Source: an uncultured Eubacteriales bacterium
GTDB lineage: Bacteria; Bacillota; Clostridia; Christensenellales; Borkfalkiaceae
Length of the DNA: 64,000 nt
Direction of reading: 5' to 3'
Assembly (NCBI GenBank): GCA_905209085.1
Contig: CAJLRM010000001.1
Location: forward strand, 328,289 to 392,288
The notes beneath the pieces were generated by a model, which saw only the letters and a list, made by a program, of their open reading frames with translations, was not told the origin of the DNA and did no database searches. The translations under genes were made by a program, and so were the position numbers. Shown here piece by piece: positions 52,526-61,936 of the stretch. The first letter of the stretch is position 1, and each line of letters begins with the position of its first letter.

Positions 52526-53479
52526 TTAATATTCATAGACGGGGAACGCCTTATCGAGCACTTTCCGCACGATCAGCACGATAGGAGTCCCGATCAATGC
52601 GCACAAAACGCCGATAGACGCGCCCATAGCCATCTGCGGCGTGCCGTTGTCCCGCACATTGGTTACGATGTATAGAGCGATCGTATACCCCTTGGCGGAC
52701 GCCGCCGCGTCGCCCAGCAGCAGTTTGGGCTGCAAAAAGTAGCTGAAAATAACCGCCGTCCCCATCAGAAGCAGCGTCGCCAGCGTCGATCCGATCAGGG
52801 GAATCACCACGTACCAAAGCTCCCCCATCAGTCCGAGTCCGTCCAGTTTCCCCGCTTCGAGCACCTCGGCGGGGATACGCGCCATCGCCCCCGACATGAG
52901 AACGATGTTGCCGCCTATGCCCGACCATAAGCCGTAGAAAAGGATCGTCCACCACGCCGTCTTGGGATCGGCAAAATACCCGTCGAACGGAACGAGCTTT
53001 TCCAGTCCCAGATTGGCGAACAGTTCGGGAATAAAGTTGTTCAGCATATAGGAATAGGAAAGCGTGAGGACGGTGACCGAAATGATGGACGGCAGGAAAA
53101 AGATCACTTTATAGAGATTATTGAGAGGGATCTTTTTATACAGCATATACGCGCAGAAAAGAGAGATCGGCAGGATGACAAAATCGTTCCATAAAAAGAC
53201 GGTAAACGAGTTCCATACCGCGCGCGGCAGTACGCTGTTCGGCTTTACGAAAGCCGTATACAACTCCTTATAATTGGCAAACCCCGCCCATTTCCATTCG
53301 CCCGACAGCATATCGAAACGCTTGAAGGACAGCAGAATCGAGTCGAAGTTGACAAAGAGCCAGAATACGCAGAAATGCAAAACGGGAATCGCCATCAGCG
53401 TGATCATAAACGCGATTTCGTTCGCGCTCTTTTTTCTGCGTTTTCCGAGAACGCAGCGTTTATTTTTCGTTTGCTCCAT
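52526..53479 (-). CDS. Carbohydrate ABC transporter permease (LplB/MalF-like).
   Basis: 317 aa. It has TM helices and a long N-terminal helix typical of LplB-type permeases. Confidence 0.8.
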   Translation of the reverse strand: MEQTKNKRCVLGKRRKKSANEIAFMITLMAIPVLHFCVFWLFVNFDSILLSFKRFDMLSGEWKWAGFANYKELYTAFVKPNSVLPRAVWNSFTVFLWNDFVILPISLFCAYMLYKKIPLNNLYKVIFFLPSIISVTVLTLSYSYMLNNFIPELFANLGLEKLVPFDGYFADPKTAWWTILFYGLWSGIGGNIVLMSGAMARIPAEVLEAGKLDGLGLMGELWYVVIPLIGSTLATLLLMGTAVIFSYFLQPKLLLGDAAASAKGYTIALYIVTNVRDNGTPQMAMGASIGVLCALIGTPIVLIVRKVLDKAFPVYEY

Positions 53480-53495
53480 ACTTACTCCTTTTCCG

Positions 53496-53523
53496 TCCGG
53501 CTCCGCGGCGCCGCGGAGCCGGA
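53496..53523 (-). promoter_or_regulatory. Perfect GC-rich 13-bp palindromic stem-loop between the SBP and permease genes.
   Basis: TCCGGCTCCGCGG-CG-CCGCGGAGCCGGA with no U-tract. It is the classic intra-operon stabiliser position after an SBP gene. Confidence 0.45.
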
Positions 53524-53543
53524 CTTACCAAGCGGCGTCCTTC

Positions 53544-55022
53544 TCAGTTCACCCAGGTATCCCAGGCGCCCTTGACGCCCGCGTATTCCGCCGCGCACCA
53601 GCTGTCCGCCGTCACGCCGGGATAATTGATGAGAAGATTGACATACGGATCGCCCGCGTTGAATTTGCGCACTTTGAGTCCCGTCCAAAGAGGGCTTCTC
53701 GAATCCTCGAACCACGTGGTGGAATTTTTCCAGATGTCGATACAGGACTGCTGGAAGGAATTGAGGGAGATCGACTCCACATCGTACTCGAAAGGCATGG
53801 GCGTGCCGCAGATCTCCGTATACAATCTAAGCATATCGTCCCGGCACACATAGGCGAGAAACGCCTTGGCGCCCTCTTTGTTCTTCGCTTTATTGGGAAC
53901 GGCGACAAAGCTGGGCTGACCGCTGTAATTGTAAGAGATATACTCGCCCTTCTCGTCCTTTAACGCGTTGTCCATATAAGGGACGGGCATCATGCGGATC
54001 TCGTCCTCGATGTCCTCGCCCGACTCGTTTTGAATCCAGCTGCCGTTGGGGATCATGGCAGCCATGCCCGCGCCGAACGCCTGCTGCGCCTGATAATGAT
54101 CGTAAGAGCCGGACATTCTCGCAATGTATTTTTCTTTATTTTTGACGATCAGATCCTCAAACGTTTGGAGCATCGTCAACTTACCGTAAGAAGGGCTGCT
54201 AAGCTTATCGCTGTTGAAAAGTTCGGGGCTGTCGAACTGCATGAGTTCGTTCATCTTTTCCTCGCCCGATACTTGCAGCCACCAATTCGTACCGATGAAA
54301 TCCCAATAGCCCCCGCTGACCTTTCCCGGATAGACGAAAGGCGCGATTTTGCCGTTCGTATCCGCCACGATCCGGTCGCAGAGCGCTTTCAGTTCCGTCA
54401 CCGTTTCGGGGACTTCCCATTCGTATTCGTCGAACATGGTCTTATTGTAGACGAGTCCCGTCACAGAGGTGGCGCTTGGGAAAATGTAATAGTGCAGATT
54501 GTTTTGGTTGTATGCCTGGCCGTACGTCTTCCAGGAACCCGTTATCTTTTCGAGAATCGTCTTTTCCTCGCCCGGGATCTTCGTGTTATACAGCTCGTCG
54601 AGATTTTCAAGCTGATCCAAAGACGCATAGCTTTGCCAAGGCGAAGCCAGTAAGTAATAAATATCGTCGAGATTGCTGCCCGCTTCCAATTTCGAGCTCA
54701 TCGCCGTGGTCGCCTGGGCGTCTATCGTCAGTACGATATAATACTCCTTTCCCTCGTCCGCTTCCAGGAAATGCCGCGACAGCTGACGGATCCATTCGCT
54801 GCCGTTGCCTTCCGAATAGGTGATCTTGATGGGAGTCTTGCCCTCCTTGGTATCCAAATACATCTCGCCCTTCTTGCTGTCGAAAACGACGTCGCCGTAA
54901 GCGCCCGACGAATCGGAAGGGCCTTTCGAGTCGTTTTCGCGGCTGCCGCAGCCCGCCGCAAAGCTCGCGCCGAAAATCGTGACCGCCGAAAGACATACCG
55001 CCAAAAGTTTGTTCAATTTCAT
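53544..55022 (-). CDS. ABC transporter extracellular solute-binding lipoprotein (LplA-like, family 1 SBP).
   Basis: 492 aa. The lipobox is MKLNKLLAVCLSAVTIFGASFAAGCGS. The length and composition match sugar-binding proteins. Confidence 0.75.
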   Translation of the reverse strand: MKLNKLLAVCLSAVTIFGASFAAGCGSRENDSKGPSDSSGAYGDVVFDSKKGEMYLDTKEGKTPIKITYSEGNGSEWIRQLSRHFLEADEGKEYYIVLTIDAQATTAMSSKLEAGSNLDDIYYLLASPWQSYASLDQLENLDELYNTKIPGEEKTILEKITGSWKTYGQAYNQNNLHYYIFPSATSVTGLVYNKTMFDEYEWEVPETVTELKALCDRIVADTNGKIAPFVYPGKVSGGYWDFIGTNWWLQVSGEEKMNELMQFDSPELFNSDKLSSPSYGKLTMLQTFEDLIVKNKEKYIARMSGSYDHYQAQQAFGAGMAAMIPNGSWIQNESGEDIEDEIRMMPVPYMDNALKDEKGEYISYNYSGQPSFVAVPNKAKNKEGAKAFLAYVCRDDMLRLYTEICGTPMPFEYDVESISLNSFQQSCIDIWKNSTTWFEDSRSPLWTGLKVRKFNAGDPYVNLLINYPGVTADSWCAAEYAGVKGAWDTWVN

Positions 55023-55064
55023 CTTTGTTTTCCTCCAAAAAATATACTCGATCGGAACTAACCG

Positions 55065-56501
55065 TCAATAGGGAATCACGAAACACCCTTCCCCGCTTTT
55101 TAAACTCAGCGTCAATTTGCCGTCCTTGACGGGACGAACGGATTTTACGCCGTTGAGGACGACGATGGCGTTATGTACGCTCTCCACCGTCAGCGTCACC
55201 TCGTTGTCCAGTTTTCTGCCCGGATCGGTAAAATTGACGACCATATAGCCTTCCCGCGCGTCCTTATCTTCGAACACGCCCACGAGCACGTCCTCCGTGC
55301 CCTCCACTTTCTTCACCGTCTTGGCGCTCTCCATGCGCTGCACGCGCTCGAAATTGCCCTCGCCGCCGTCTTCGCTGGACGTCATCACGCCTTTCCACGT
55401 AAAGTTTTTGTAATAGGGCATCATCGCTTGGAGATAGCCGTTCGCCGTCTTTACGTAATCGAACGTCGCGGTCTTTTGATAATCGCGGTCGAGCAGGGCG
55501 TCGTTTCCGAAATATCCCGCGCCGTCGTAAGGAGGCGGACAAGTGAAGCAGAACCACTGGATCCCGTCGCCGCCGTAGGCGAGGAAGCTATAAGCCTGGA
55601 ACGCCGCGTCCCCTATGCTTTCCAAAGGTCTGTTATTGCCGAAAGAAATGCTTTGCAGGAAGGTCCACATCTTCCTGTTCTCCCCCTCTTCGTCCAGCGC
55701 TTTTCTGACCATTTCCATATTTTGGAGGAAGCTGCCTTCCAGAAAATAATCGCGGGACTTTTTCAAAGGGTAATGATCGTAACTCAAATAAGGCGTTTTA
55801 ACTTTTTCGAGGTACTGCGCGATATACGTTTCGTAACTGATGGGCGTTGCCCCGCCGAGCTGCGCGCCCCCCGCGATGACGGGAAACAGATTGACGTAAT
55901 AGCACAGATCGGGCGCCGCCTGCGTAAAGATTTTTTGCGCAAAGCCGTGCTGATCGAATTTATCCGCCGCAGGCTCGTCGCCGATAAAACAGCCGTAAAA
56001 AGCATCGGCGTATTCGTATTCGACGTACGGCTTCAAATAGTTTTTCACTTTTTCGACGGCCTGTTCCTCGGTGTCTACGCCCGATTCGACGAGCGTCTTT
56101 GCCTTCGAGAGGTAGTCGTTGAGCGCGGGAATGCTGATCAGCTGCTTGATTCCCACCTCGTGCGCCGCTTTCAGACATTTCTTGTTATAGGTTTCCGTTC
56201 CCCATAACATATACTCATAGCCGGGAAAGGCAATCGTGATGCCCGATTCGGCGATCCATTGGTATTTTTCCAGAAATTCCTCATCCGTCAGAGTTGTGAC
56301 TTTTCCCGTTTTATTCCCCCAGTCGTCGTATTCGGTGATTTTGTCGGATACCCCTACCCACATACCGATATCCAAAAGTTCCTTGGAATCGTATACGGGT
56401 TCCGACGCGGGCGTCCCGGAGTCCTTTCCTTCCGATCCGCTGCAAGCGCCTGCGGAAAACATCAGCGCCCCTGCAAGCATACACACAAATAATTTCTTCA
56501 T
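55065..56501 (-). CDS. Lipoprotein, putative TIM-barrel glycoside hydrolase. Paralog of 47219..48688.
   Basis: 478 aa. The signal/lipobox is MKKLFVCMLAGALMFSAGAC. It shares GIQWFCF with the paralog and has a C-terminal beta-sandwich ending ...GCFVIPY. Confidence 0.5.
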   Translation of the reverse strand: MKKLFVCMLAGALMFSAGACSGSEGKDSGTPASEPVYDSKELLDIGMWVGVSDKITEYDDWGNKTGKVTTLTDEEFLEKYQWIAESGITIAFPGYEYMLWGTETYNKKCLKAAHEVGIKQLISIPALNDYLSKAKTLVESGVDTEEQAVEKVKNYLKPYVEYEYADAFYGCFIGDEPAADKFDQHGFAQKIFTQAAPDLCYYVNLFPVIAGGAQLGGATPISYETYIAQYLEKVKTPYLSYDHYPLKKSRDYFLEGSFLQNMEMVRKALDEEGENRKMWTFLQSISFGNNRPLESIGDAAFQAYSFLAYGGDGIQWFCFTCPPPYDGAGYFGNDALLDRDYQKTATFDYVKTANGYLQAMMPYYKNFTWKGVMTSSEDGGEGNFERVQRMESAKTVKKVEGTEDVLVGVFEDKDAREGYMVVNFTDPGRKLDNEVTLTVESVHNAIVVLNGVKSVRPVKDGKLTLSLKSGEGCFVIPY

Positions 56502-56604
56502 AACACCTCCAAAATTAATCTTTGTTTATATTTTTGGTCTTACAACAGTTTTTCTCAATTAAAAAATTTTTTTTCAAAGAGTCGTTTTCCTTTAAAGCGG
56601 TTTT

Positions 56605-56633
56605 ATTGTATCATATATTTTTCGCCTTGTCAA
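56605..56633 (-). promoter_or_regulatory. Strong sigma70-like promoter for the 55065..56501 gene (TTGACA, 17 nt, TACAAT on the minus strand).
   Basis: The -35 lies at 56628..56633 and the -10 at 56605..56610. It is ~95 nt upstream of the ATG, which has a GGAGGTG RBS. Confidence 0.45.
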
Positions 56634-57159
56634 TACTAAAATTAAAAAAAGTTTTATATATTTTCCTATTTTTTTCATTTTTTAGCTTTTAACTTTTTAT
56701 AAACCGCGTTTAATATAAACTTTCTTAAAATAAAGAAAGTGTAATTTTATTCTTGTCAATCAGATATATAGGAAACTCATCCGCCGTACATTTTACGTTT
56801 TCTTTCTTCCCTCTCGGGCATGGTACAAGGCACAAAAAAACTTCCCGGAGAAATTCCGAGAAGTTTTTAGTGAAGTTGTCGAAAATCGGTAGGTCTACTT
56901 TCTTTAATTTATTTTTCAAAAAAGTCTATAATCAATCCATATGCTACTACAACAAAAATAGTAAGGACAGTCGTTATGGCGATTCCTATCATATCCCGCG
57001 CTCTTACAGAGGAAAAATTTAAGAATGGTTACGTCCCCGCTTTTAAAATACGTTTAAAGCCGTTTAGAAAGCTGGTAGAGCCCTTCCGAGTCATGGATCG
57101 GCAAGGAAGGCTTACAAACAATTTTTCGCGCGCTGAGGCGCAATTTTAAGCCTTGCGCA

Positions 57160-57200
57160 AGTCAAAGAAAAATCGGGAAATCCTTTGCGGAGTTTCCCGA
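57160..57200 (-). terminator. Intrinsic terminator downstream of the SGNH hydrolase gene.
   Basis: On the minus strand, CGGGAAA...TTTCCCG is followed by ATTTTTCTTTG. Confidence 0.45.
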
Positions 57201-57217
57201 TTTTCCGGCCGTTCGAT

Positions 57218-57832
57218 TCAGCCGATATAGTTTTCCAGCCCGCTCTCCGTATAAAAAGCGGAACGAAGAGAAAGCTTGGTGTTGAAGGCAAGAATTCCGA
57301 CGTCGCACTTGCCCGCGATTCCGTAACCCGCAAGGTCATCGATCGTAAACACGACTTCGCCGTTTACGGAAAGGAACAAAGAACCTTGATATTTGAGGAC
57401 GGAAAGCCCGCAGAATTCGCCGTTCGAATAGGAAATCTCGCAGGTGCTTTCCACGCTTTGGCTCCAATTCCACGTATTGTTGTCTTCGTACTTCACGTAT
57501 CCCACCGTATTGGCGGAAAGATTGTCGTAGCCGCTGACGTAGAAGAACAACGTCGAAGAGGCGGAGGACACGACGATTCCGAACTTGGGATAAGGGTCGG
57601 CGTTATACACCGTTTCCGCGCAGAGCTGCGTTTCGGCATAGAATTCCTCGCTTCCGCAGCCTTGGAAATAGGTATACTGATCGTATACGCCGTCGAGCAC
57701 AGTAACGCCGTCGGGCGTTTCTTTTACGGCCGCCGAGGAGAAATACATAGAACCGTCCCCGAACGAAGCGGAAGAGCCTCCCGCCAAATCCAAAGCCTGC
57801 CGCATAAGAGCGGAAAGAGCATTATATCCCAT
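57218..57832 (-). CDS. C-terminal portion (beta-sandwich domain) of a frameshifted SGNH hydrolase gene.
   Basis: The 204-aa ORF has no signal peptide of its own. Reading the upstream gene in the +1 frame from ~57930 gives ...DGVHLNQMGYNALSALMRQ.... This is the SGNH block V with the catalytic Asp/His, and it joins directly into this ORF. Confidence 0.5.
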   Translation of the reverse strand: MGYNALSALMRQALDLAGGSSASFGDGSMYFSSAAVKETPDGVTVLDGVYDQYTYFQGCGSEEFYAETQLCAETVYNADPYPKFGIVVSSASSTLFFYVSGYDNLSANTVGYVKYEDNNTWNWSQSVESTCEISYSNGEFCGLSVLKYQGSLFLSVNGEVVFTIDDLAGYGIAGKCDVGILAFNTKLSLRSAFYTESGLENYIG

Positions 57833-57872
57833 TTGATTGAGATGAACGCCGTCCGGCGCGGCGAAGCCCTTT

Positions 57873-59078
57873 TTAAGCCGCCCATTCTCCGACAGCCTGC
57901 CCGCGGCGTCTATGGCCGTCCAAGTCCTTCGAGCCGGCCGTCTGCTTGACGAGCGCGTTGATCCGCGCGATTTTTTCCGCGTTCGAGCCGTCGGACGCGC
58001 CCGCCAGCGTCACGACGTACAGCTTCGCACCCGGCATCGCCGAGGAGAGGCTGTCGGCCGTAAGCCCGATTTCTTCGGCGATCTTTTCGGCGCTCTGTCC
58101 CGCGGCGGAACCGTTCACTTCGTCCATGCCCGCGTACAAGACTATCTTTTTCGGATTGTATTCCGCCAAAGCCTGCGCCCGTCCCCGCCAGTCCGAAATC
58201 TTCGTTCCCGACGACGCCATATTCATAATGCCTTTTTTGCCTACGTCCGAAGCGTAGGTGCGCCAGTAGGCCGTATCCAGCTGCGAATCCCCCAGGAAGA
58301 GAACGTCCGCTTCCTTTTTGAAGTCGGTCATGTAGCCCTTGTTTTCGTCCACCCTTATAAAAGAGGAGGCGTTGCTCCAATTACAGCCGCTTTCCTTAAA
58401 GGGCGTCCATACGCTGTCCGCGTAGTCGTGCGTGTTGCGCATCGCGGGGCAGACGTATAAATTGTTCTTCCCCTCTGCCGCCGTCACGCCGAACAGCTCG
58501 TAGCTTAAAAATACGCTGTTTTTATAGCCGTAATCGGTATATTCGTAGGAATATCTGAAATTCCAGCCGTTGACGCACAGGAGTTCGAGCGCATAATCCT
58601 CGCCCAGCCGATCGGCCGACACCGCCCTCTGCATGACCGTATTGCCGTCAGCCGTGATCAGAAAGTGCAGCGTGTTTCCCGCGTTCCAGCCCGTCCCCGC
58701 GTCGTATTCCAATCCGATCAGATATTCCACGTTGTCGTTGAATCCGCTCGAATAGAAAATGTCCGTTTTGATATCGTCGTCCTTTACGTAGGCGTCGAGC
58801 ATGACGCCCTCCTCCGAATAGGAAGCGTCAAAATACGCGGTGGCCGTATTAAAACGATTGGACGAAGCGAGCGAGATCGCCCTGTCGGGGATCTCGGCCT
58901 CGGGCGGAGTCGTTTCGGAGGAAAGGGAGGAGGACTCCGATTGCACCGAATCGGACGAGAACGCCCCCGAGGAAGACCCCGACGAATTTTTATTTACGCC
59001 GACAGCGCAGGACCCGAGCGCGAACGACGTGAAAATTACGGAAAGAACAGCCGCCGTTATCGCAGTACATCTTTTCAT
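57873..59078 (-). CDS. SGNH/GDSL hydrolase lipoprotein (N-terminal part). The gene appears interrupted by a single-nucleotide frameshift near 57925..57935.
   Basis: 401 aa. The lipobox is FALGSC. Block I is VLFLGDSQLD. The catalytic His block (DGVHLN) is only recovered in the +1 frame continuing into 57218..57832. Confidence 0.55.
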   Translation of the reverse strand: MKRCTAITAAVLSVIFTSFALGSCAVGVNKNSSGSSSGAFSSDSVQSESSSLSSETTPPEAEIPDRAISLASSNRFNTATAYFDASYSEEGVMLDAYVKDDDIKTDIFYSSGFNDNVEYLIGLEYDAGTGWNAGNTLHFLITADGNTVMQRAVSADRLGEDYALELLCVNGWNFRYSYEYTDYGYKNSVFLSYELFGVTAAEGKNNLYVCPAMRNTHDYADSVWTPFKESGCNWSNASSFIRVDENKGYMTDFKKEADVLFLGDSQLDTAYWRTYASDVGKKGIMNMASSGTKISDWRGRAQALAEYNPKKIVLYAGMDEVNGSAAGQSAEKIAEEIGLTADSLSSAMPGAKLYVVTLAGASDGSNAEKIARINALVKQTAGSKDLDGHRRRGQAVGEWAA

Positions 59079-59087
59079 AATGACCTC

Positions 59088-61934
59088 CTAAAACTGTCCG
59101 AGGATCTTGTAGGATCCGCCCGGTATCGTGAGCTTCAAACCTTTTCCCGCGCCTTCGACAGCTTTCCCCGTAAGCATATCCACAAACGCGCCGCCAAAGC
59201 CCGTGCCCGAAAGATCCACTTCGATCTGCTTCTCGGACGCCGAATAGTTGAATACGACCACCGCCCTCGTGCCGCCGCGCCTATCCGCCTTGCAGTAAGC
59301 GTAATATACGGAATCGTCGTTCGTGGGCACGCGATAACGCATACCGCCCGCGTTAAACGCGGCGTAGCTGTTTTGCAGGGTAAAGAGCTCGAAAACGGAA
59401 TCTCTAAGGTCTGCGGACCAGTCTTTTTCGATGATGTCCTGACCGACGAACGCGCTCGTTCCCGAGTGCAGGAAAGCCATGTGCCCGCTAGTGGTGAGAA
59501 GCGCCGCTTCCGCCTTCCGCTTATAGTCCTCCACGTTTTCGTATTTTTGCTCGAACGAAAGAGGCGCAATGGCGGAGCCGCCCAAGGAAACGACGTTATC
59601 CCTCCCCGATTTGATGAAATCGTCCACCGTCGAGGCGTTGCAGTCGGTCACGGCGTCGATGCCCAAACTCCACGCGCCGCCGCCCCAGCCTCCCATATTG
59701 TAGTTTTGAACGGCCGTATAATGATAGGAATAAATATAGTTCGAATCCCCCGTACCCTCGGGCAGGATCATGATGTTGCGCGCGTTGAGCGGCTTTGTGA
59801 TGCACTCGTACGTGACCTCGGAGGGATTTTCCGAGCCGAAATAGTAGGCGGGCGGCGCGTCCAGCGCGACTCCGTCAAAACCGAAGTCCGCCCAGTACGT
59901 CACATATTTTTTGGACTCGCGCTGCCAGGCGGCGCCGTTGAAATTGTAGTTGGGAATTTGTCCGTTCTCTTCCCAAAATCCGTAATAATAGGCGTTGGCC
60001 GTATCGCTCCAAAACCACTTCGTCAGATCGGGACAATTTTCGCTGAACAAAAACCAGTCGCGCTCCTCCGACTTGATATGGTTGGCGTAATCGAGGCAGG
60101 CTTTGCGGAAAAATTCAGCGGTGCTGCGCGCGTAGCCCACGTTGCCGAACATAAACGCGTACATACCCAAAGAGTGCGCCTTATCCAAAAAGGCGTTCCA
60201 GTCGTCCAGCGTACCGTTCACGGGGTCGGCGTTGTAATTGTCCGTAGCGCCCAATCCCGACCAACTATCCCCCACGCCCTCGTACGGCTGATGAATTTCG
60301 ATCACTTTAAAGCCGTTCGCGCGGTAATATTCGAGTTTCTCCGTCATTTCGGCGATGGACACCTTCTGTTCCTTAGGATAGTAACGCACCACGCCCGATT
60401 CGCGCAGCCACCAGCTTTCGGGCACGGCTTCGCCGAAGCCGAATATCTGGAACTGGTTGCTGTTGGCCCATCCGCTGTCGATAACCGTCAGCTTTACGTA
60501 TCGGAACATTTTTTCCTCTGCCGTGGCCGCTTCAAACGTCTGTCCCTGCGCATAGGAGCCTTCTCCGTTATAGAGCGCCGTCCACGCGCTTCCGTCCGCG
60601 GAGGCTTCGATTTTAAATTGATAGCTGCCGGGGTCCTGAAACCTTTGAACGACCTTTTCCACGCGGCAGACGTTGCCGAGATCGATTTGCAGCCAATGCG
60701 CGCCGTCGTACGTTTCCGCGCACCAGAACTGGTTTTTTCCGTCCTCGTGCTCGGGATTGGTCGTGCATTTCAGCGCGTTGAATCCCTCGTTGGAATAATC
60801 GGACACGGCGCCCTTTAAGCCCTGCGCCAGGTCCTTGACGAGCGGCACCCCGAACAGCTTTGCCGCGTCGCTTTTCTTCATCTTTACGAACTTGCACACG
60901 GTCCCGACGGAAGCGGGATTCGCCTTAGTCCAGGCGCTGCCGTCGTCGGACACGAACACCTCCTCTCCCTGAACGGAGTCCACGTAAGCGCCGTAGGGGA
61001 AGAAATACACGAGGCTTCCGTCCTCGGCCTTGCCTTCGGCAGCCTGCCCGCAGGCGGGGGAAGCGAGGTCCTTAAAGCCGTTGACCTTCATCTCCGTGAG
61101 ATTGGCCCAGCCGGGTCCGGAATACACCTTAAACTCTACGGACGAGTAGAGTCCGTCCGTTTCGAAACAAAAATACGTGCCCCTCCGCGCAGCGCGCTCG
61201 GCGAGAGTCGTCTTTCCGTCCGCGCCCTCGGCCGTAACCTCGAATTCATAGGAACCGTAGTCCTGCAAATACACTTCCACGCTCTTCACGCTGCATTTGT
61301 ATTCCCAGCGGACGCCGCAGTATTGGGGAAAGTTGCCGTCGTTGGCGCAGTAATAGCTGCCCGTATCCCCGTCAAAGGCCTTCTCGTGTTCGAAGCCCGC
61401 CGCCCAGCTGCCGCTGTATCCCTTCATGCCGAGGGCTATGTTCGTGCCCTGCGACAATGGCGCGCTGTCCACGGTAAATTCGCAGCTCGTAAATGCGGAA
61501 GCGTTCTCCGAGCCGTAAAATTCGATTTTTACGAAACGGTAAAACCCGTTCGCCGAGTCGGCGAACATTTTTCCGGGTGCGCCCGACTTATAATCGGCAA
61601 TCGTCACCCACTCGCCCTCCCCCGCCGCGCCGTAAACGGCAAAGCTCCAAACGTCGGAGGTCAAAAATATCTGCTTATAGCCCGTTACGCCGCGAAGCTC
61701 GCCGAGATCGCAGACGAGGGCGGGAAGGACGTCGTTTTTGTCCGCCTCCCAGTAAGTTTCCGTATTTCCGTCGGCCGCGTTTTCCGCGCCGTGCCCCTCC
61801 GTTTCGGAGGTAGCCGAGGCGGAATAGGACGGCTTTGCTTTTTCAAGCGCCGAGATACGCACGGGCGGCGCCTGCCAGACCAGCATGGCCGTCAATAAAA
61901 AGGCTAAAATGATCTTCATACCAAACGATTTCAT
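59088..61934 (-). CDS. Secreted protein with three F5/8-type-C (discoidin) domains and a C-terminal GH13 alpha-amylase-like TIM barrel with degenerate catalytic motifs.
   Basis: ~948 aa from the ATG at 61934 (MKSFGMKIILAFLLTAMLVWQAPPVRISA; RBS GGAGG). Discoidin motifs include NAADGNTETYWEA. The GH13-like region DPVNGTLDDWNAFLDKAHSLGMYAFMF...YWADFGFDGVALDAPP ends in a beta-domain (AVVVFNYSASEKQIEVDLSG). Region I/IV His residues are not evident. The 98 upstream codons of the long ORF are artefact. Confidence 0.5.
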   Translation of the reverse strand: MKSFGMKIILAFLLTAMLVWQAPPVRISALEKAKPSYSASATSETEGHGAENAADGNTETYWEADKNDVLPALVCDLGELRGVTGYKQIFLTSDVWSFAVYGAAGEGEWVTIADYKSGAPGKMFADSANGFYRFVKIEFYGSENASAFTSCEFTVDSAPLSQGTNIALGMKGYSGSWAAGFEHEKAFDGDTGSYYCANDGNFPQYCGVRWEYKCSVKSVEVYLQDYGSYEFEVTAEGADGKTTLAERAARRGTYFCFETDGLYSSVEFKVYSGPGWANLTEMKVNGFKDLASPACGQAAEGKAEDGSLVYFFPYGAYVDSVQGEEVFVSDDGSAWTKANPASVGTVCKFVKMKKSDAAKLFGVPLVKDLAQGLKGAVSDYSNEGFNALKCTTNPEHEDGKNQFWCAETYDGAHWLQIDLGNVCRVEKVVQRFQDPGSYQFKIEASADGSAWTALYNGEGSYAQGQTFEAATAEEKMFRYVKLTVIDSGWANSNQFQIFGFGEAVPESWWLRESGVVRYYPKEQKVSIAEMTEKLEYYRANGFKVIEIHQPYEGVGDSWSGLGATDNYNADPVNGTLDDWNAFLDKAHSLGMYAFMFGNVGYARSTAEFFRKACLDYANHIKSEERDWFLFSENCPDLTKWFWSDTANAYYYGFWEENGQIPNYNFNGAAWQRESKKYVTYWADFGFDGVALDAPPAYYFGSENPSEVTYECITKPLNARNIMILPEGTGDSNYIYSYHYTAVQNYNMGGWGGGAWSLGIDAVTDCNASTVDDFIKSGRDNVVSLGGSAIAPLSFEQKYENVEDYKRKAEAALLTTSGHMAFLHSGTSAFVGQDIIEKDWSADLRDSVFELFTLQNSYAAFNAGGMRYRVPTNDDSVYYAYCKADRRGGTRAVVVFNYSASEKQIEVDLSGTGFGGAFVDMLTGKAVEGAGKGLKLTIPGGSYKILGQF

Positions 61935-61936
61935 AC

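Noticed and set aside
56502-57217. AT-rich 700-bp intergenic region containing a 64-aa ORF (56725..56919). It was considered as a riboswitch, leader peptide or small protein.
   Set aside because: The ORF has no RBS or conservation cues. The region contains a good sigma70 promoter for the downstream lipoprotein gene and terminator-like hairpins. Nothing matches a known riboswitch consensus by eye.
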